From Waterburya sp. (GTDB lineage Bacteria; Cyanobacteriota; Cyanobacteriia; Cyanobacteriales; Xenococcaceae), in assembly GCA_965217895.1 (NCBI GenBank), contig CBDCJV010000002.1:4384001-4448000 (forward strand): a stretch of DNA of 64,000 nucleotides. The letters are read 5' to 3'. The position numbers and the translations under genes were made by a program. How positions within the stretch are numbered: the first letter of the stretch is position 1; every line of letters starts with the position of its first letter. Of this stretch, positions 31,228 through 42,375 are shown piece by piece. Under the pieces are notes generated by a model, which was given only the letters and a program-made list of their open reading frames with translations, made no database searches and was not told where the DNA came from.

Positions 31228-32127
31228 TTATAGCCGACTAATGGATGAAACCCAGTCTGCTATCAGGCTATTAACTTGTTCGGGAATTTCGTCGTGAGGA
31301 CAATGACCTGCATCTAAATAATACTCTTTTAATTGGGGATAATACTGGCGAAATTTAATTCCTTGATCTCTAGCATTGATCCAGGGATCTTTTTCACCCC
31401 ACAAAATCAGCAAGGGACACTGCATCTGAGCGAGCAGTATATCTACTTTTTCTCCTTGAGGAGCTTTAAATACAGCATTGAATACTTCGGCTGAACCAAG
31501 ATCACAAGAAGGACGATAAATGTCTTCTACTAATTGATCGGTAACAGCAGAAGGATCGAAGTAAACTTTGTTTAAAGTCTGACGAATGACAAAGCGACGG
31601 CGTACATATTGAAATAACAAAAAGCTTGCCCACGGCTGTAATAAAATTGAACGTATTAGCTTACTGGCTGAATTAGGTTTTGTTTTTGGTTTGGCATCTG
31701 CTATGGTTTCGCTAAAAGGACCTGCACTATTAAGTAAAATTAAACCAGCGATAGATTGAGGATAGGCTGCTGCTACACAGATAGAAGCATAACCTCCAAG
31801 GGAATTGCCCGCTAAAACTGTAGGCTGCTTAATTATCTCTTGAATGAAGTCATGTAGCTGTTCTTGCCAGATATTTGCGCTATATTCTTGCTTGGGTTTA
31901 GCCGAACGACCAAAACCTAATAAATCGATCGCCCAAACCTGAAACTGTTCTTGTAGCTGGGCTATATTCTTACGCCAATGATCTGTAGATGCCCCAAAGC
32001 CATGTACTAATAGTAAGGCTGGTTTACCAGACTGTTTTTCGCCAGCACAAACATAATAAATTGAATTTCCACGCCACTGCCAGTACGTACCAGGAAATTG
32101 TCCTATAAGGGGAGAAATTAAAGACAT
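31228..32127 (-). CDS. Alpha/beta hydrolase
   Basis: HGFGAS, GNSLGG, AGHCPHDE. Confidence 0.92.
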   Translation of the reverse strand: MSLISPLIGQFPGTYWQWRGNSIYYVCAGEKQSGKPALLLVHGFGASTDHWRKNIAQLQEQFQVWAIDLLGFGRSAKPKQEYSANIWQEQLHDFIQEIIKQPTVLAGNSLGGYASICVAAAYPQSIAGLILLNSAGPFSETIADAKPKTKPNSASKLIRSILLQPWASFLLFQYVRRRFVIRQTLNKVYFDPSAVTDQLVEDIYRPSCDLGSAEVFNAVFKAPQGEKVDILLAQMQCPLLILWGEKDPWINARDQGIKFRQYYPQLKEYYLDAGHCPHDEIPEQVNSLIADWVSSISRL

Positions 32128-32423
32128 TTTCAGCTAAAATATTGTATCATTAAGTTATGTTAATTCTTTTTTATTGTACAGTTTTTTTAGAGTCTAAGTT
32201 AGTTTTACAGTCGTTAATTTAGTTCCATTTTTTGATGAGAACAGTAAAATTAATTGGTCAGATAAGTAATTTATCTAGATTATAATTACTTATTACTGGG
32301 CAGAAATAAGAAGCGTAGCTTAGATAAAAGCGATCGCGGTTCGCTTAATTCCTAAGTAAATCAGCAAATTTAGGAATATTCAATAATTTATAAAGTAGAT
32401 AGAGATTTCAAAGGAGAAAAGTT

Positions 32424-32717
32424 GTGTCCCTAGGAACTTCTGTAATTGATAAAAAGTCAACTTCAACAGTACGTAAACTTGCACCCCGCTATAAAGTTTT
32501 ACTTCACAATGACGATTTCAACTCAATGGAGTTTGTAGTTGAGGTGCTAATGCAGACTATTGCGGGAATGACTCAGCCTCAAGCAGTAAATATTATGATG
32601 GAAACTCACAACAGCGGTGTTGGTTTAGTTATTACCTGTGCTTTAGAACACGCCGAGTTTTATTGCGAAACTCTTTGTAATCATGGTTTGACAAGCACTA
32701 TTGAGCCTGATGAATAA
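32424..32717 (+). CDS. clpS: Clp protease adaptor ClpS
   Basis: YKVLLHNDDFNSMEFVVEVL. Confidence 0.95.
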   Translation: MSLGTSVIDKKSTSTVRKLAPRYKVLLHNDDFNSMEFVVEVLMQTIAGMTQPQAVNIMMETHNSGVGLVITCALEHAEFYCETLCNHGLTSTIEPDE

Positions 32718-32776
32718 TTAACCAACTGGGATAATGTTATGGTGATGCTTGTTGATTGTTAATGGTTGAGCCTTAA

Positions 32777-33613
32777 TTGTCCACCGTCATTAATTTACGC
32801 AAAATAGCAAAATTCAAAGCACCAATGAGATTGTTGTTTTTCGTTGGTGTTTTGTCTATTTTATGGCTACCTATAGCAATTCCTCTATATTTATTACTAG
32901 AACGCGATCGCAATTTAGCCAGCATCTTGAACTATGTTCTATTATTTATAGACTTATTGTTTCTCTGGCGATTTTGGGGCAAGTTAGTTTATCAAGAAGC
33001 TGACATTTTCAACCGCTATGGTTTAGTAAAAAGCCAAAGAAATGGTAGAGAATTATTTCAAGGTCTTGCTATTGGCTTTTGGTTTTGCCTAAGTTTGTTT
33101 ATTACTGAAGCCCTATTCGGCTGGATTGAAGTTGTTTCCCCGTCAGTAAGTTTATTCAAGATTGTTGTTGAAGGCTTGCTTAGTGCGACTGGGATTGCAT
33201 TAGTAGAAGAGTTGTTATTTCGTGGCTGGTTACTAGATGAGTTACAGCGAGACTATAGTAAAGGTATTAGCTTGTGGATTGGTGCTACAGTGTTTGCCTT
33301 AGCTCACTTCATCAAGCCGATGGAGGAAATAATTAGGACTGCGGTAACTTTTCCTGCACTAATGTTAGTAGGAATGATTTTGATCTTAGCTAAATATCGC
33401 CACGGCGATCGCCTGGGAATCTGTCTTGGTATTCATGCAGGTTTAGTCTGGGGTTACTATATTGTTGATGTCGGAGAATTAATCAACTATACAAACAAAG
33501 TTCCCGCTTGGGTTACAGGCATCGACGGCAACCCCATCGCGGGAATCATAGGATTAATTTTTTTAACTGGTTTGCTTTGGGTAGGGCAGTTATCAATAAA
33601 CAATTATCAATAA
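32777..33613 (+). CDS. CPBP (CAAX/Abi) intramembrane protease
   Basis: EELLFRG, FALAH, GIHAG. Confidence 0.9.
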   Translation: MSTVINLRKIAKFKAPMRLLFFVGVLSILWLPIAIPLYLLLERDRNLASILNYVLLFIDLLFLWRFWGKLVYQEADIFNRYGLVKSQRNGRELFQGLAIGFWFCLSLFITEALFGWIEVVSPSVSLFKIVVEGLLSATGIALVEELLFRGWLLDELQRDYSKGISLWIGATVFALAHFIKPMEEIIRTAVTFPALMLVGMILILAKYRHGDRLGICLGIHAGLVWGYYIVDVGELINYTNKVPAWVTGIDGNPIAGIIGLIFLTGLLWVGQLSINNYQ

Positions 33614-33815
33614 ACAGTTGTCAATATTCATAATGTTTCAATATTAATGAAACATCATGAATTAACTACTTTCTGCTTAATACCCTATCAACTTGGAATT
33701 GATGGAAGTATTCTAGGCAAGGGAGGTAGAGAGGATGGAGTAGAAACGATCCTACCCCAATTACTCCTTAAAACAATTTTAACGGACTGCTAAGTTATAG
33801 ATAATTAGCTAAAAG

Positions 33816-34427
33816 CTAAGAATTAACAGGCTCAGGAGGATTGCTAGCAGAGGGACGACGAGCAATTACCTGATCGATCAGACCATACTCTTTGCATTCT
33901 TCGGCAGACATAAAAAAGTCTCTTTCGGTGTCCTCTTCAATTTTAGATAATGGCTGTCCTGTATGATCTGCAAGGTGTCCGTTAAGTTTCTGCTTAAGAT
34001 ACAAAATTTCTCTAGCCTGAATTTCAATATCTGTTGCCTGTCCTTGCGCGCCACCCAAAGGTTGATGAATCATAATCCGAGAATTAGGCAGACTCATGCG
34101 TTTACCTTTCTGCCCTGCACTAAGCAAGAAAGCACCCATACTCGCAGCTAAACCAATACAGATGGTGCAAACATCAGGACGAATTTGATTCATGGTGTCA
34201 AACATCCCCATTCCAGCCGATACAGAGCCACCAGGAGAGTTGATATAAAGATAGATGTCTTTTTCAGGATCTTCAGCTTCTAAAAACAAGAGTTGAGCAA
34301 CAACTAAGTTTGCTATTTCATCGGTAACTTGCTGTCCCAAAAAGACGATTCTTTCTCTGAGTAAGCGAGAATAAATGTCAAAGGCGCGATCGCCACGACC
34401 TGAACTTTCAATAACGGTAGGAATCAT
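33816..34427 (-). CDS. clpP: ClpP protease subunit; likely start ATG 34427
   Basis: [28 protein letters not shown]. Confidence 0.97.
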   Translation of the reverse strand: MIPTVIESSGRGDRAFDIYSRLLRERIVFLGQQVTDEIANLVVAQLLFLEAEDPEKDIYLYINSPGGSVSAGMGMFDTMNQIRPDVCTICIGLAASMGAFLLSAGQKGKRMSLPNSRIMIHQPLGGAQGQATDIEIQAREILYLKQKLNGHLADHTGQPLSKIEEDTERDFFMSAEECKEYGLIDQVIARRPSASNPPEPVNS

Positions 34428-34671
34428 GAAGCTATGCCCGATCAATATTTTGTTCTAATTGTAGCTATTTTAAAGGACGAAGAGTAGGTGGAAAACCTAA
34501 CCCGATTAATTCAGCCTGGTAAGCAAGTTTTATTTTTATGCTACATAAATCTTACTTTTGTATATAAAGCGATCGCGCTTTTTAAATTTCAGGCAAAAAG
34601 CGACCGACTATAGATTCATCAAAGCTCTTTATAATTGGAAATATGATTTGTATTTTTATTTTGAGCAATTA

Positions 34672-34852
34672 ATAAAATCTTTACAAGATTATACTGTCGT
34701 TATTCGTCCTGACGATAATAATACCTTTGTGGCATACATTCCTGCAATTGAAGGGTGTCATGCTTGGGGGGCAACTCCCCAAGCAGCAAAGAGTAGAATT
34801 AGATAATATTTTCACCATGATATTAGAAGAATATCAAGCAAAAAGCTTATAG
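34672..34852 (+). pseudogene. HicB-family antitoxin pseudogene
   Basis: YTVVIRPDDNNTFVAYIPAIEGCHAWGATP continues as RVELDNIFTMILEEYQ after a +1 frameshift near 34789; the expected start reads ATA. Confidence 0.75.
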
Positions 34853-34903
34853 CTTGAAAAAAATTGCTCTGATTTTTGATTTACACGCTTACGTAATCTA
34901 GAT

Positions 34904-36421
34904 TCAAACTTCTTCAGCTACTACAGGAAAATCAGCCGATCGCTCTGAGGGGATAGCAGCAATAATAGCATCAATTACTTTAGAGATGGGAATAATTTCT
35001 AAGCCTAGATCATCAGGAAGACTTTGACCCTTGGGAACGATCGCTTTTTTAAATCCCAGTTTGGCAGCTTCTTTTAGACGTAATTCCATCTGCGAAACCA
35101 AACGCACCTGTCCGCCTAAACCTACTTCCCCAATTAATACAGTACGAGAATCGACGATGCGATCGCGAAAACTGGCAACAATGGCGATCGCCACACCTAA
35201 ATCCGCAGCAGGTTCGCCTACACCCAAACCGCCTACCGAGGCGACATAAGCATCAAGTTTAGATAAGGGGACCCCAACTCGCTTTTCTAACACTGCTAAT
35301 ATCTGCTGGAGACGATTGTAGTCAATGCCTGTAGTCGAGCGACGAGGAGATGTATAGCTGGTGGGACTAACCAACGCCTGAATTTCGACTACCAGAGGAC
35401 GAGTTCCTTCACAGGCAACGACAATTGATGTTCCTGGAGAAGCTTCATCTCGATTGCCGAGAAACAGCTTAGAAGGGTTATCTACCTCGATCAAACCATG
35501 CTCTGCCATTTCAAAGATACCGATTTCGTGGGTAGCACCAAAACGATTTTTAACCGAACGCAATAAACGATGGGAAGCATAGCGATCGCCTTCAAAATAC
35601 AGTACTGTATCTACGAGGTGTTCTAATACCCTTGGTCCTGCGATCGCGCCTTCTTTGGTGACGTGACCTACAATTAGCAGGGTAATATTCTCTCTTTTAG
35701 CTACCTGCATCAAAGCTGAAGTACATTCCCGTACTTGTGCTACCGAACCAGGAGAAGAAGTTAAAGCTGCAAAGTGCAGGGTTTGAATACTGTCGATAAC
35801 AGCTACTTGAGGCTTTAAAGACTCTAATTCTCGCAAAATCTCTTCTAAATCTGTCTCAGGCATCACGTAGAGATTATTCTCTTTTTTAAGAGCAGATTTA
35901 CCGTTCTTACCGTTGCCATTTTGAGCTACTGTTTCTGCTTCTGCCTCATTTTCTCCCACATCCAAACGAGATGCTCGTAACTTTACCTGTTGTCCCGATT
36001 CTTCTGCCGACACATAGAGAATACGCGGCAGGTTATAAGAAAGCCTATTTGCCACCTGTAATAATAAAGTTGACTTGCCGATGCCAGGATCTCCCCCAAT
36101 CAACACCAAAGATCCAGGCACAATTCCTCCGCCTAAAACGCGATCGAGTTCTCCATAACCAGAAGGAAATCTTTGCTGTACGTCGTTATTAATTTCGGAG
36201 AACTTGCGAGAAACTCTAGGCTGGGCTGTGCTGGGTATTTTGTTACCAGAATGACTAACAGATTGCCATCCGCCTCGACTGTATCCGCCACTCCCAGAAG
36301 AAACTTCTACTGGCTCTTCAGAAATAGTGCCAAACTCGTTGCATTCTTTACATAGCCCAAACCACTGACTGTATTCAGCAGCGCATTCGTTGCAGATATA
36401 TATTTGTTTAGATTTAGCCAT
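34904..36421 (-). CDS. radA: DNA repair protein RadA/Sms
   Basis: C4 zinc finger, GDPGIGKST, KNRFG. Confidence 0.97.
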   Translation of the reverse strand: MAKSKQIYICNECAAEYSQWFGLCKECNEFGTISEEPVEVSSGSGGYSRGGWQSVSHSGNKIPSTAQPRVSRKFSEINNDVQQRFPSGYGELDRVLGGGIVPGSLVLIGGDPGIGKSTLLLQVANRLSYNLPRILYVSAEESGQQVKLRASRLDVGENEAEAETVAQNGNGKNGKSALKKENNLYVMPETDLEEILRELESLKPQVAVIDSIQTLHFAALTSSPGSVAQVRECTSALMQVAKRENITLLIVGHVTKEGAIAGPRVLEHLVDTVLYFEGDRYASHRLLRSVKNRFGATHEIGIFEMAEHGLIEVDNPSKLFLGNRDEASPGTSIVVACEGTRPLVVEIQALVSPTSYTSPRRSTTGIDYNRLQQILAVLEKRVGVPLSKLDAYVASVGGLGVGEPAADLGVAIAIVASFRDRIVDSRTVLIGEVGLGGQVRLVSQMELRLKEAAKLGFKKAIVPKGQSLPDDLGLEIIPISKVIDAIIAAIPSERSADFPVVAEEV

Positions 36422-36682
36422 TTTCTTAAGAAAAATAAGAGATTTGAAGAAATGAAAAGATAAATTAGTAAACTTTATAAGTAATACAGCTTAGATCCTA
36501 AGAAATATTAAAACCCGCAAAGATAAATTAAATCGGAAAAAAATACGGAAATTATCCAAATTGTCACATAAATTCTCCTAAAATAGACAGTTGGCTTAAC
36601 TAAATCAACGTCAAGAAGATAATCTAGATCTTAAAGGTAAAAAAATTTAACTTAAATATCGGTAATTTAACTTAAACAAGGA

Positions 36683-37423
36683 GTGTATAGTAACTTGGAA
36701 ACTAATAAAGAAAAAATCCTAGTAGTAGATGATGAAGCCAGTATCCGCCGTATTTTAGAAACTCGTCTATCCATGATCGGCTATGACGTAGTGACTGCTG
36801 CGGATGGAGAAGAGGCATTGGAGACTTTTCGCACTGCCGAACCTAGCCTTGTGGTTCTAGACGTAATGATGCCTAAGTTAGACGGTTATGGCGTTTGCCA
36901 AGAATTACGCAAAGAATCTGACATTCCTATTATTATGTTAACGGCTTTGGGAGACGTTGCCGATCGCATTACGGGTTTAGAATTAGGTGCAGACGATTAC
37001 GTGGTTAAACCTTTTTCCCCCAAAGAACTAGAGGCTCGAATCCGTTCTGTACTCCGTAGAGTTGACAAAAACGGTGTGCCTGGAATTCCTAGTTCGGGAG
37101 TAATTCACGTTGGCTCAATCAAAATTGATACCAACAAACGTCAAGTTTATAAAGGTGATGAACGTATTCGTCTTACAGGCATGGAGTTTAGCCTATTAGA
37201 GTTACTTGTAAGTCGCTCTGGCGAACCTTTTTCCCGTTCAGAAATTTTACAAGAAGTTTGGGGTTATACACCCGAACGTCATGTAGATACCCGTGTAGTA
37301 GATGTACATATTTCTCGGTTACGTGCCAAGTTGGAAGACGATCCTAGCAATCCTGAATTAATCTTGACTGCAAGAGGAACTGGCTATTTGTTTCAACGTA
37401 TATTAGAAGCAGGAGAAGAATAA
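36683..37423 (+). CDS. rpaB: OmpR-family response regulator RpaB
   Basis: EKILVVDDEASIRRILETRLSMIGY signature; lies divergent from radA. Confidence 0.95.
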   Translation: MYSNLETNKEKILVVDDEASIRRILETRLSMIGYDVVTAADGEEALETFRTAEPSLVVLDVMMPKLDGYGVCQELRKESDIPIIMLTALGDVADRITGLELGADDYVVKPFSPKELEARIRSVLRRVDKNGVPGIPSSGVIHVGSIKIDTNKRQVYKGDERIRLTGMEFSLLELLVSRSGEPFSRSEILQEVWGYTPERHVDTRVVDVHISRLRAKLEDDPSNPELILTARGTGYLFQRILEAGEE

Positions 37424-37484
37424 AACTAAAGAATGAGGAATGAGGAAGCTGATAGCTAAAAGCTAAAAGCTAAGAGCTTTAAAA

Positions 37485-38126
37485 ATGAATAAATATGATG
37501 CCAATCGTATACTAAGATTGCTACCTTTTTTTGCAGGCGGATTAGGTGGCTTTCTACTATTGGTGAATCGTTTGTTAACGGCACAAATAACCGATTCTCA
37601 AGCACGTTCGGATGCTTTAGGGGTGATCGAAGGAGCAGTTTTGATCTTAGTCGGTTTGCTGTGGCAGCAAATTCAAGCAAGAACTCCTGACACCGTGGAT
37701 CTAATTGGCGAAACAGGTTTAGAATTTGCCCCAGAACTATCAGATGCAGCTAAAACCGAATTGGCTTGGGCTTCTCACTTATTATTAACTAATACGGTAA
37801 CGCGAGCGCTTGTTGTCTATTATGACCAGAAAACTTGGCTTAGACGCGGTGTTTTAGGTGTAAATCCAGAGGTAACACCAGGCGCGATTCTAGAGCGGGT
37901 ATTAGCTAAAGAAAAGCCTGTATATCTGGTAAATCTTAGTTTGTATCCAGGTAAAGTAGAGTTTGACTATTTGCCAGCCAATACCCAAGGGGTAATCTGT
38001 CAGCCTATTGGCAACAAAGGAGTTTTGATTTTGGGTGCAAACGCTCCTCGTAGTTACACAAAAAAGGACGAGCAGTGGATTGAAGGCATTGCTGATAAAT
38101 TAGCGGTTACTTTGGAATCTATCTAG
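37485..38126 (+). CDS. Cofactor assembly of complex C (CCB2/CCB4-like) protein
   Basis: ELAWASHLLLTNT, LYPGKVEFDYLP. Confidence 0.8.
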   Translation: MNKYDANRILRLLPFFAGGLGGFLLLVNRLLTAQITDSQARSDALGVIEGAVLILVGLLWQQIQARTPDTVDLIGETGLEFAPELSDAAKTELAWASHLLLTNTVTRALVVYYDQKTWLRRGVLGVNPEVTPGAILERVLAKEKPVYLVNLSLYPGKVEFDYLPANTQGVICQPIGNKGVLILGANAPRSYTKKDEQWIEGIADKLAVTLESI

Positions 38127-38260
38127 AATTTGTGCCAACCAACGCCTATGGCGAAGCGACTTTTCCTAAGTTGAGCCTAAGACGTGGCTGAGCTTGCTCT
38201 GTTGAGGTGGCCAACTGAATTGATGAACAAGATTGAAAATTCATCTGTTAAGATATAGCC

Positions 38261-38731
38261 TTATAAAACCTTATGAGTATGAGAATGTTGTTTGACATTA
38301 TCTTCAGTGCTTACCACATTAGAATTATTCAAGACTCTTTTTCTTTCTAAAGAATAATTAAAATCCTGTTTGATTGTTCCCAAAGCGATATGTTCTTTGG
38401 CTTCGGGACGACTTTTATAGGTACGGGTTGCTGCTGCAACTCTTTCAGCAAAGCGATCGCACAAATTGATTTTTGCTTCAGTCTGTAGCTCTTGAGGTAT
38501 TTGCACCGTATCTTCTTGAAAAATCTCCCCTAAAGTTTTGGCACAGGCTAATTGATAAGAAGTAGGAATACCTTTAATTAGTGCTTCTAAAGCAGCCGAG
38601 GGAATAGGTTCTAAAACCGTAAGCTGCTCTATTTCTCCCTCTTCTCGTACAAAACAGGTTGCCAAACCCAAAACACAATAGTCTTCAGGAGATAAATCAG
38701 ATGCCTGAGCAAATAAGGTAGAATTTGTCAT
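38261..38731 (-). CDS. Hypothetical protein, probably conserved in cyanobacteria
   Basis: Clean ORF with GLATCF...EPIPSA...EDNVKQHSHTHKVL. Confidence 0.75.
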   Translation of the reverse strand: MTNSTLFAQASDLSPEDYCVLGLATCFVREEGEIEQLTVLEPIPSAALEALIKGIPTSYQLACAKTLGEIFQEDTVQIPQELQTEAKINLCDRFAERVAAATRTYKSRPEAKEHIALGTIKQDFNYSLERKRVLNNSNVVSTEDNVKQHSHTHKVL

Positions 38732-39110
38732 AATTATTAAATGTCAACTATAAAAGTACTCACTAGCAATTCTAAACTAGTAGACCTGGGCTTAAGTAAA
38801 CAAATTATTTAAATAGCCCTAAAGCCTTAAAACTTTTGACCAACGATCGCAGCGTTGCTGAAGTTAGCAGTCGATATTTAAAGAATGTAGTCTAAAATGG
38901 CAATATTTCCGCAAGTAAAACCGCCAATTGTCACAAAATCACATATTTAGTTGCAAAATCGATATTAATTTCAACATTTATCTAAGTAAATTTTGGGAAG
39001 ACATTTAGATGTTTTTTGGTCATCATTAGCTGAGTATAAAGAATTTAAGACTTCAATCTTACCAATTTACGGTTTGCATGAGACAGTTCGATTGGTGACA
39101 CATTGAACTG

Positions 39111-39884
39111 ATGCTAGTCATGAAACGGAATAGTAAGGTGGCACATAAGCAAGGTTTAATTGATGCTATGAAAATCGATTTCGATCAGTACAATTTATTT
39201 CAATCATCCCCACAAAAGTTATCTGACTCTTTTGATATAGAATTGGCATCAATCTTAGCTTCTGCTTCGTCGATATTAGAAGACTGGAATATCGAAGAAC
39301 AGTTAAGAATTTGCGTCAAAGAAAAAGCATTTCAAGGAGACTATGTAGCAGCGATTACCCTCTTGGATCGATTAATTGCTTTGTGTCCCGATAATGCCAC
39401 AGATTATAACAATCGTGGTTTAATGCACTTTCGTAACGATCAGATCATTGAGGCTCTTTGTGATTTATCCCAAGCATTAGAAATTAATCCTTATCTTGAC
39501 AGTGCTTATAATAATAGAGCTAACTGTTATGCTGCTCAAGGGGCATTAACAGAAGCGATCGCTGACTATGATATTGCTTTAGATCTAAACCCCAGTAATC
39601 TTCGCGCTTGGATTAATCAAGGCATTACTTTTAGAGAATTAAAAATGTATGATTTAGCGATCGAGAATTTTGATATCGCTCAAATTATTGGCGACACTTT
39701 GCAAGAGAGAATTTATCCCGAACGAGGTAGAGCTTATCATCTTCGAGGAGACTGGAATTGTGCTGTTGGTGACTATCAGAATGCCTTGAGAGTTTTAGAG
39801 CAGAAACCAGAACTAGCTAGACACAGAAGAAAAGTATTAGGTTGGCTAGATGAACTGCTGTCGCCTTTATTTATCAATTACTGA
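39111..39884 (+). CDS. TPR protein
   Basis: YNNRG/AYNNRAN repeats. Confidence 0.9.
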   Translation: MLVMKRNSKVAHKQGLIDAMKIDFDQYNLFQSSPQKLSDSFDIELASILASASSILEDWNIEEQLRICVKEKAFQGDYVAAITLLDRLIALCPDNATDYNNRGLMHFRNDQIIEALCDLSQALEINPYLDSAYNNRANCYAAQGALTEAIADYDIALDLNPSNLRAWINQGITFRELKMYDLAIENFDIAQIIGDTLQERIYPERGRAYHLRGDWNCAVGDYQNALRVLEQKPELARHRRKVLGWLDELLSPLFINY

Positions 39885-40234
39885 TCTCGATCTTTGTTTA
39901 ACCAATAGATACGGCTTTGATGGGGAGAAGTTAAAGAGCTATACTGTTCCATCAAGCTTTGGGTTCTTTGAGGATCGAAGTTGCGGTTTAGTTCCTCTTT
40001 TAATTTAGTAACTCTAGCATCTGTTTCTTGTAACTGAATATTCAACTCTTTTAGCTTTGCCCTTTGAGAAAGGTGATATGGCAAAAGCTTAAATAGAGAG
40101 GAGATCGCACCAAGAGCAATTACCCAGCTTAAAATTAACTTGAGGCTAATTTCTATAGCCATTCCTCTATGAGATTTGGAACGCTTATAAGGAGGACGAC
40201 GGACTTTCTTTGGTAGTCGCTGCTTAGATTTCAT
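39878..40234 (-). CDS. Single-TM coiled-coil protein (Slr1601-like putative cell division protein); likely start ATG 40234
   Basis: Basic N-terminus, TM, KLLPY, coiled coil; lies downstream of psaM. Confidence 0.6.
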   Translation of the reverse strand: MKSKQRLPKKVRRPPYKRSKSHRGMAIEISLKLILSWVIALGAISSLFKLLPYHLSQRAKLKELNIQLQETDARVTKLKEELNRNFDPQRTQSLMEQYSSLTSPHQSRIYWLNKDRDQ

Positions 40235-40346
40235 GTTTAATTGTAGCCAAGAATTAGGACTCCAGATTAACAACACTAAGTCATTATTGCCAATCTGAAA
40301 TTCCTAATTTGTGTCATTAAACTAAAAATAGTTTTGTAAGACAGAC

Positions 40347-40442
40347 TTATTTATATAGCTCTAGAGATAAGCGTACTGCCATCACTCCAGGAATCAAAGC
40401 CACAAGCAAAGCTACAAAAATTTGGGTATCTGTAAGAGACAT
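40347..40442 (-). CDS. psaM: Photosystem I subunit XII (absent from the ORF track)
   Basis: Manual translation: MSLTDTQIFVALLVALIPGVMAVRLSLELYK* (31 aa). Confidence 0.96.
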   Translation of the reverse strand: MSLTDTQIFVALLVALIPGVMAVRLSLELYK

Positions 40443-40738
40443 AGTATTCTAACTCCTTACTAATTTCGATCAAAAGGTATTCCATCCTTAATTTGCGTCA
40501 TAATTGACCCCAATAGAAACATCTTGTAATAAGTATTAACGGAATTTTTATTTTACTTAGTCATTTTATCTATTTCTATTAGGACTTACGCCAAAGAAAA
40601 TTTTGATTAAAGAAGTGCAAACAAGTTAAGGTCAGAATAGAGTCAAATTATCAATTAAATTTGTGGCTTTGGTGAATCGGGGTATGATTTGAGAATAAAG
40701 CAATCGTTTGGCTGAGTGGAGAATAAATCAATTATCAA

Positions 40739-42277
40739 TTAAATTTGATTGTAAAATTCGATTATTTTTTCAATTACTTCTTCGATAGTAAGATTATCAG
40801 TAATCAATTCGATAGCATCATCGGCTTTTTTAAGTGGTGCGATCGCTCTATTACTATCTTGTTCATCTCGCTGTTGGATATCTAAAGCTAGTTGTTCAAT
40901 ACTAATATCATCTCGTCCTTGATTTTGCAGATCTTGCCAGCGTCTTTTAGCTCTTTCTGTCACGGTGGCAGTCAAAAATATCTTTAATTCCGCATCAGGA
41001 AAGACACTCGTGCCGATATCTCTGCCTTCGGCAATCAAGCCTCCTTTTTTACCCCATTGCTGCTGCATCTCTACTAGTTTGACTCTTACCGCAGCCTGAG
41101 CAGCGATCGCTGAGACATTTGCCGTAACTTCTGGAGTACGAATAGCATTAGTTACTTCTTGTCCATCTATATGCACCACCGTAGGTAAATCAACGGCGTT
41201 GGGAGAGGTTAACTTGAGGCTAATATCTTGAATCAAATTAGCGATCGCTGGTTCGTCATTGAGGGCAATTCCAGATTGCATCACTAGCCAAGTTACCGCC
41301 CGATACATTGCCCCCGTATCCAAATAAAGCAAGCCCAGTTGATGAGCCACACGACGAGTAACGGTAGACTTTCCCGCCCCAGCAGGGCCATCTATAGCTA
41401 TAATTGGCTGACGTTTTTGCAACACGATATTATCAATTAAACGGGTAGAGCCGACATAAGCAGCGATCGCCAGTAATCCTTGCTGTTCAATCTGGTTTAA
41501 AGGTTGAAGATTTACAGGATCGACTAGGTCAACGTATTGAATTTTAACTCTTTCTACAGAACTTAATTCTTGTTCAATCAGATTTATTAAAGCTGTGGCT
41601 TTTAACTCCCTCTTATCAAAAGCTGCTTTTGCCTTTTGCAGACTACTATAAATTTGAGCAGCTTCCTTTTTCTCAACAGGCTTGAGATATTGATTACGGG
41701 AGCTTAATGCTAGTCCCGATGTCTCTCGTACAATAGGACAACCAATGATTTCTACAGGAATATGCAAATCTTGTACCAGACGACGGATAATAGCTAGCTG
41801 TTGAGCATCTTTTTGCCCAAAATAAGCTTTGTCTGGCTGGATAAGATTTAAAAGCTTGGTAACTATCGTAGCTACTCCCGTAAAGTGACCAGGGCGGTAT
41901 TTACCGCATAGCACTTGTATCATGTTCTGGTGAGGAATTACGGCGGTAGTATTATTTAAAGCCTCTGTATCTCCTCCACTATTCATTTCTTGAGGACTGG
42001 GAGCAAAAACTAGATCTACTCCTAACTCCTGGCAAATCTGAAGGTCTTGTTTTAGCTGACGGGGATAATTGGCTAAATCTTCGTTGGGTGCAAACTGCAA
42101 AGGATTAACAAAGATACTAACAACAACTATATCGTTATCGGCGATCGCTCGTTTAATTAAGCTTAAATGACCCCGATGTAAAGCCCCCATTGTAGGAACT
42201 AGACCAATTTGATGCTGATGCTGATGAATTGCTATTTGAGAACGTAATTCATTAATTGTCTTACACAAAAGCACCAT
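40739..42277 (-). CDS. panC/cmk: Bifunctional pantoate-beta-alanine ligase / cytidylate kinase
   Basis: PTMGALHRGH, ALSSRN, then AIDGPAGAGKST and EGRDIG. Confidence 0.96.
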   Translation of the reverse strand: MVLLCKTINELRSQIAIHQHQHQIGLVPTMGALHRGHLSLIKRAIADNDIVVVSIFVNPLQFAPNEDLANYPRQLKQDLQICQELGVDLVFAPSPQEMNSGGDTEALNNTTAVIPHQNMIQVLCGKYRPGHFTGVATIVTKLLNLIQPDKAYFGQKDAQQLAIIRRLVQDLHIPVEIIGCPIVRETSGLALSSRNQYLKPVEKKEAAQIYSSLQKAKAAFDKRELKATALINLIEQELSSVERVKIQYVDLVDPVNLQPLNQIEQQGLLAIAAYVGSTRLIDNIVLQKRQPIIAIDGPAGAGKSTVTRRVAHQLGLLYLDTGAMYRAVTWLVMQSGIALNDEPAIANLIQDISLKLTSPNAVDLPTVVHIDGQEVTNAIRTPEVTANVSAIAAQAAVRVKLVEMQQQWGKKGGLIAEGRDIGTSVFPDAELKIFLTATVTERAKRRWQDLQNQGRDDISIEQLALDIQQRDEQDSNRAIAPLKKADDAIELITDNLTIEEVIEKIIEFYNQI

Positions 42278-42375
42278 AATTGGTCAGTATCTTGAAATAT
42301 TCAGGTTAAAGTTCTTTGTTTTCTCATTTTAGATGAGCTTGCCAACTAGAGACTGAATATTAGCTGTAAAACATT

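Noticed and set aside
38127..38260. GC-richer intergenic stretch as an sRNA or 32-aa ORF
   Set aside because: No recognisable fold, family or RBS.
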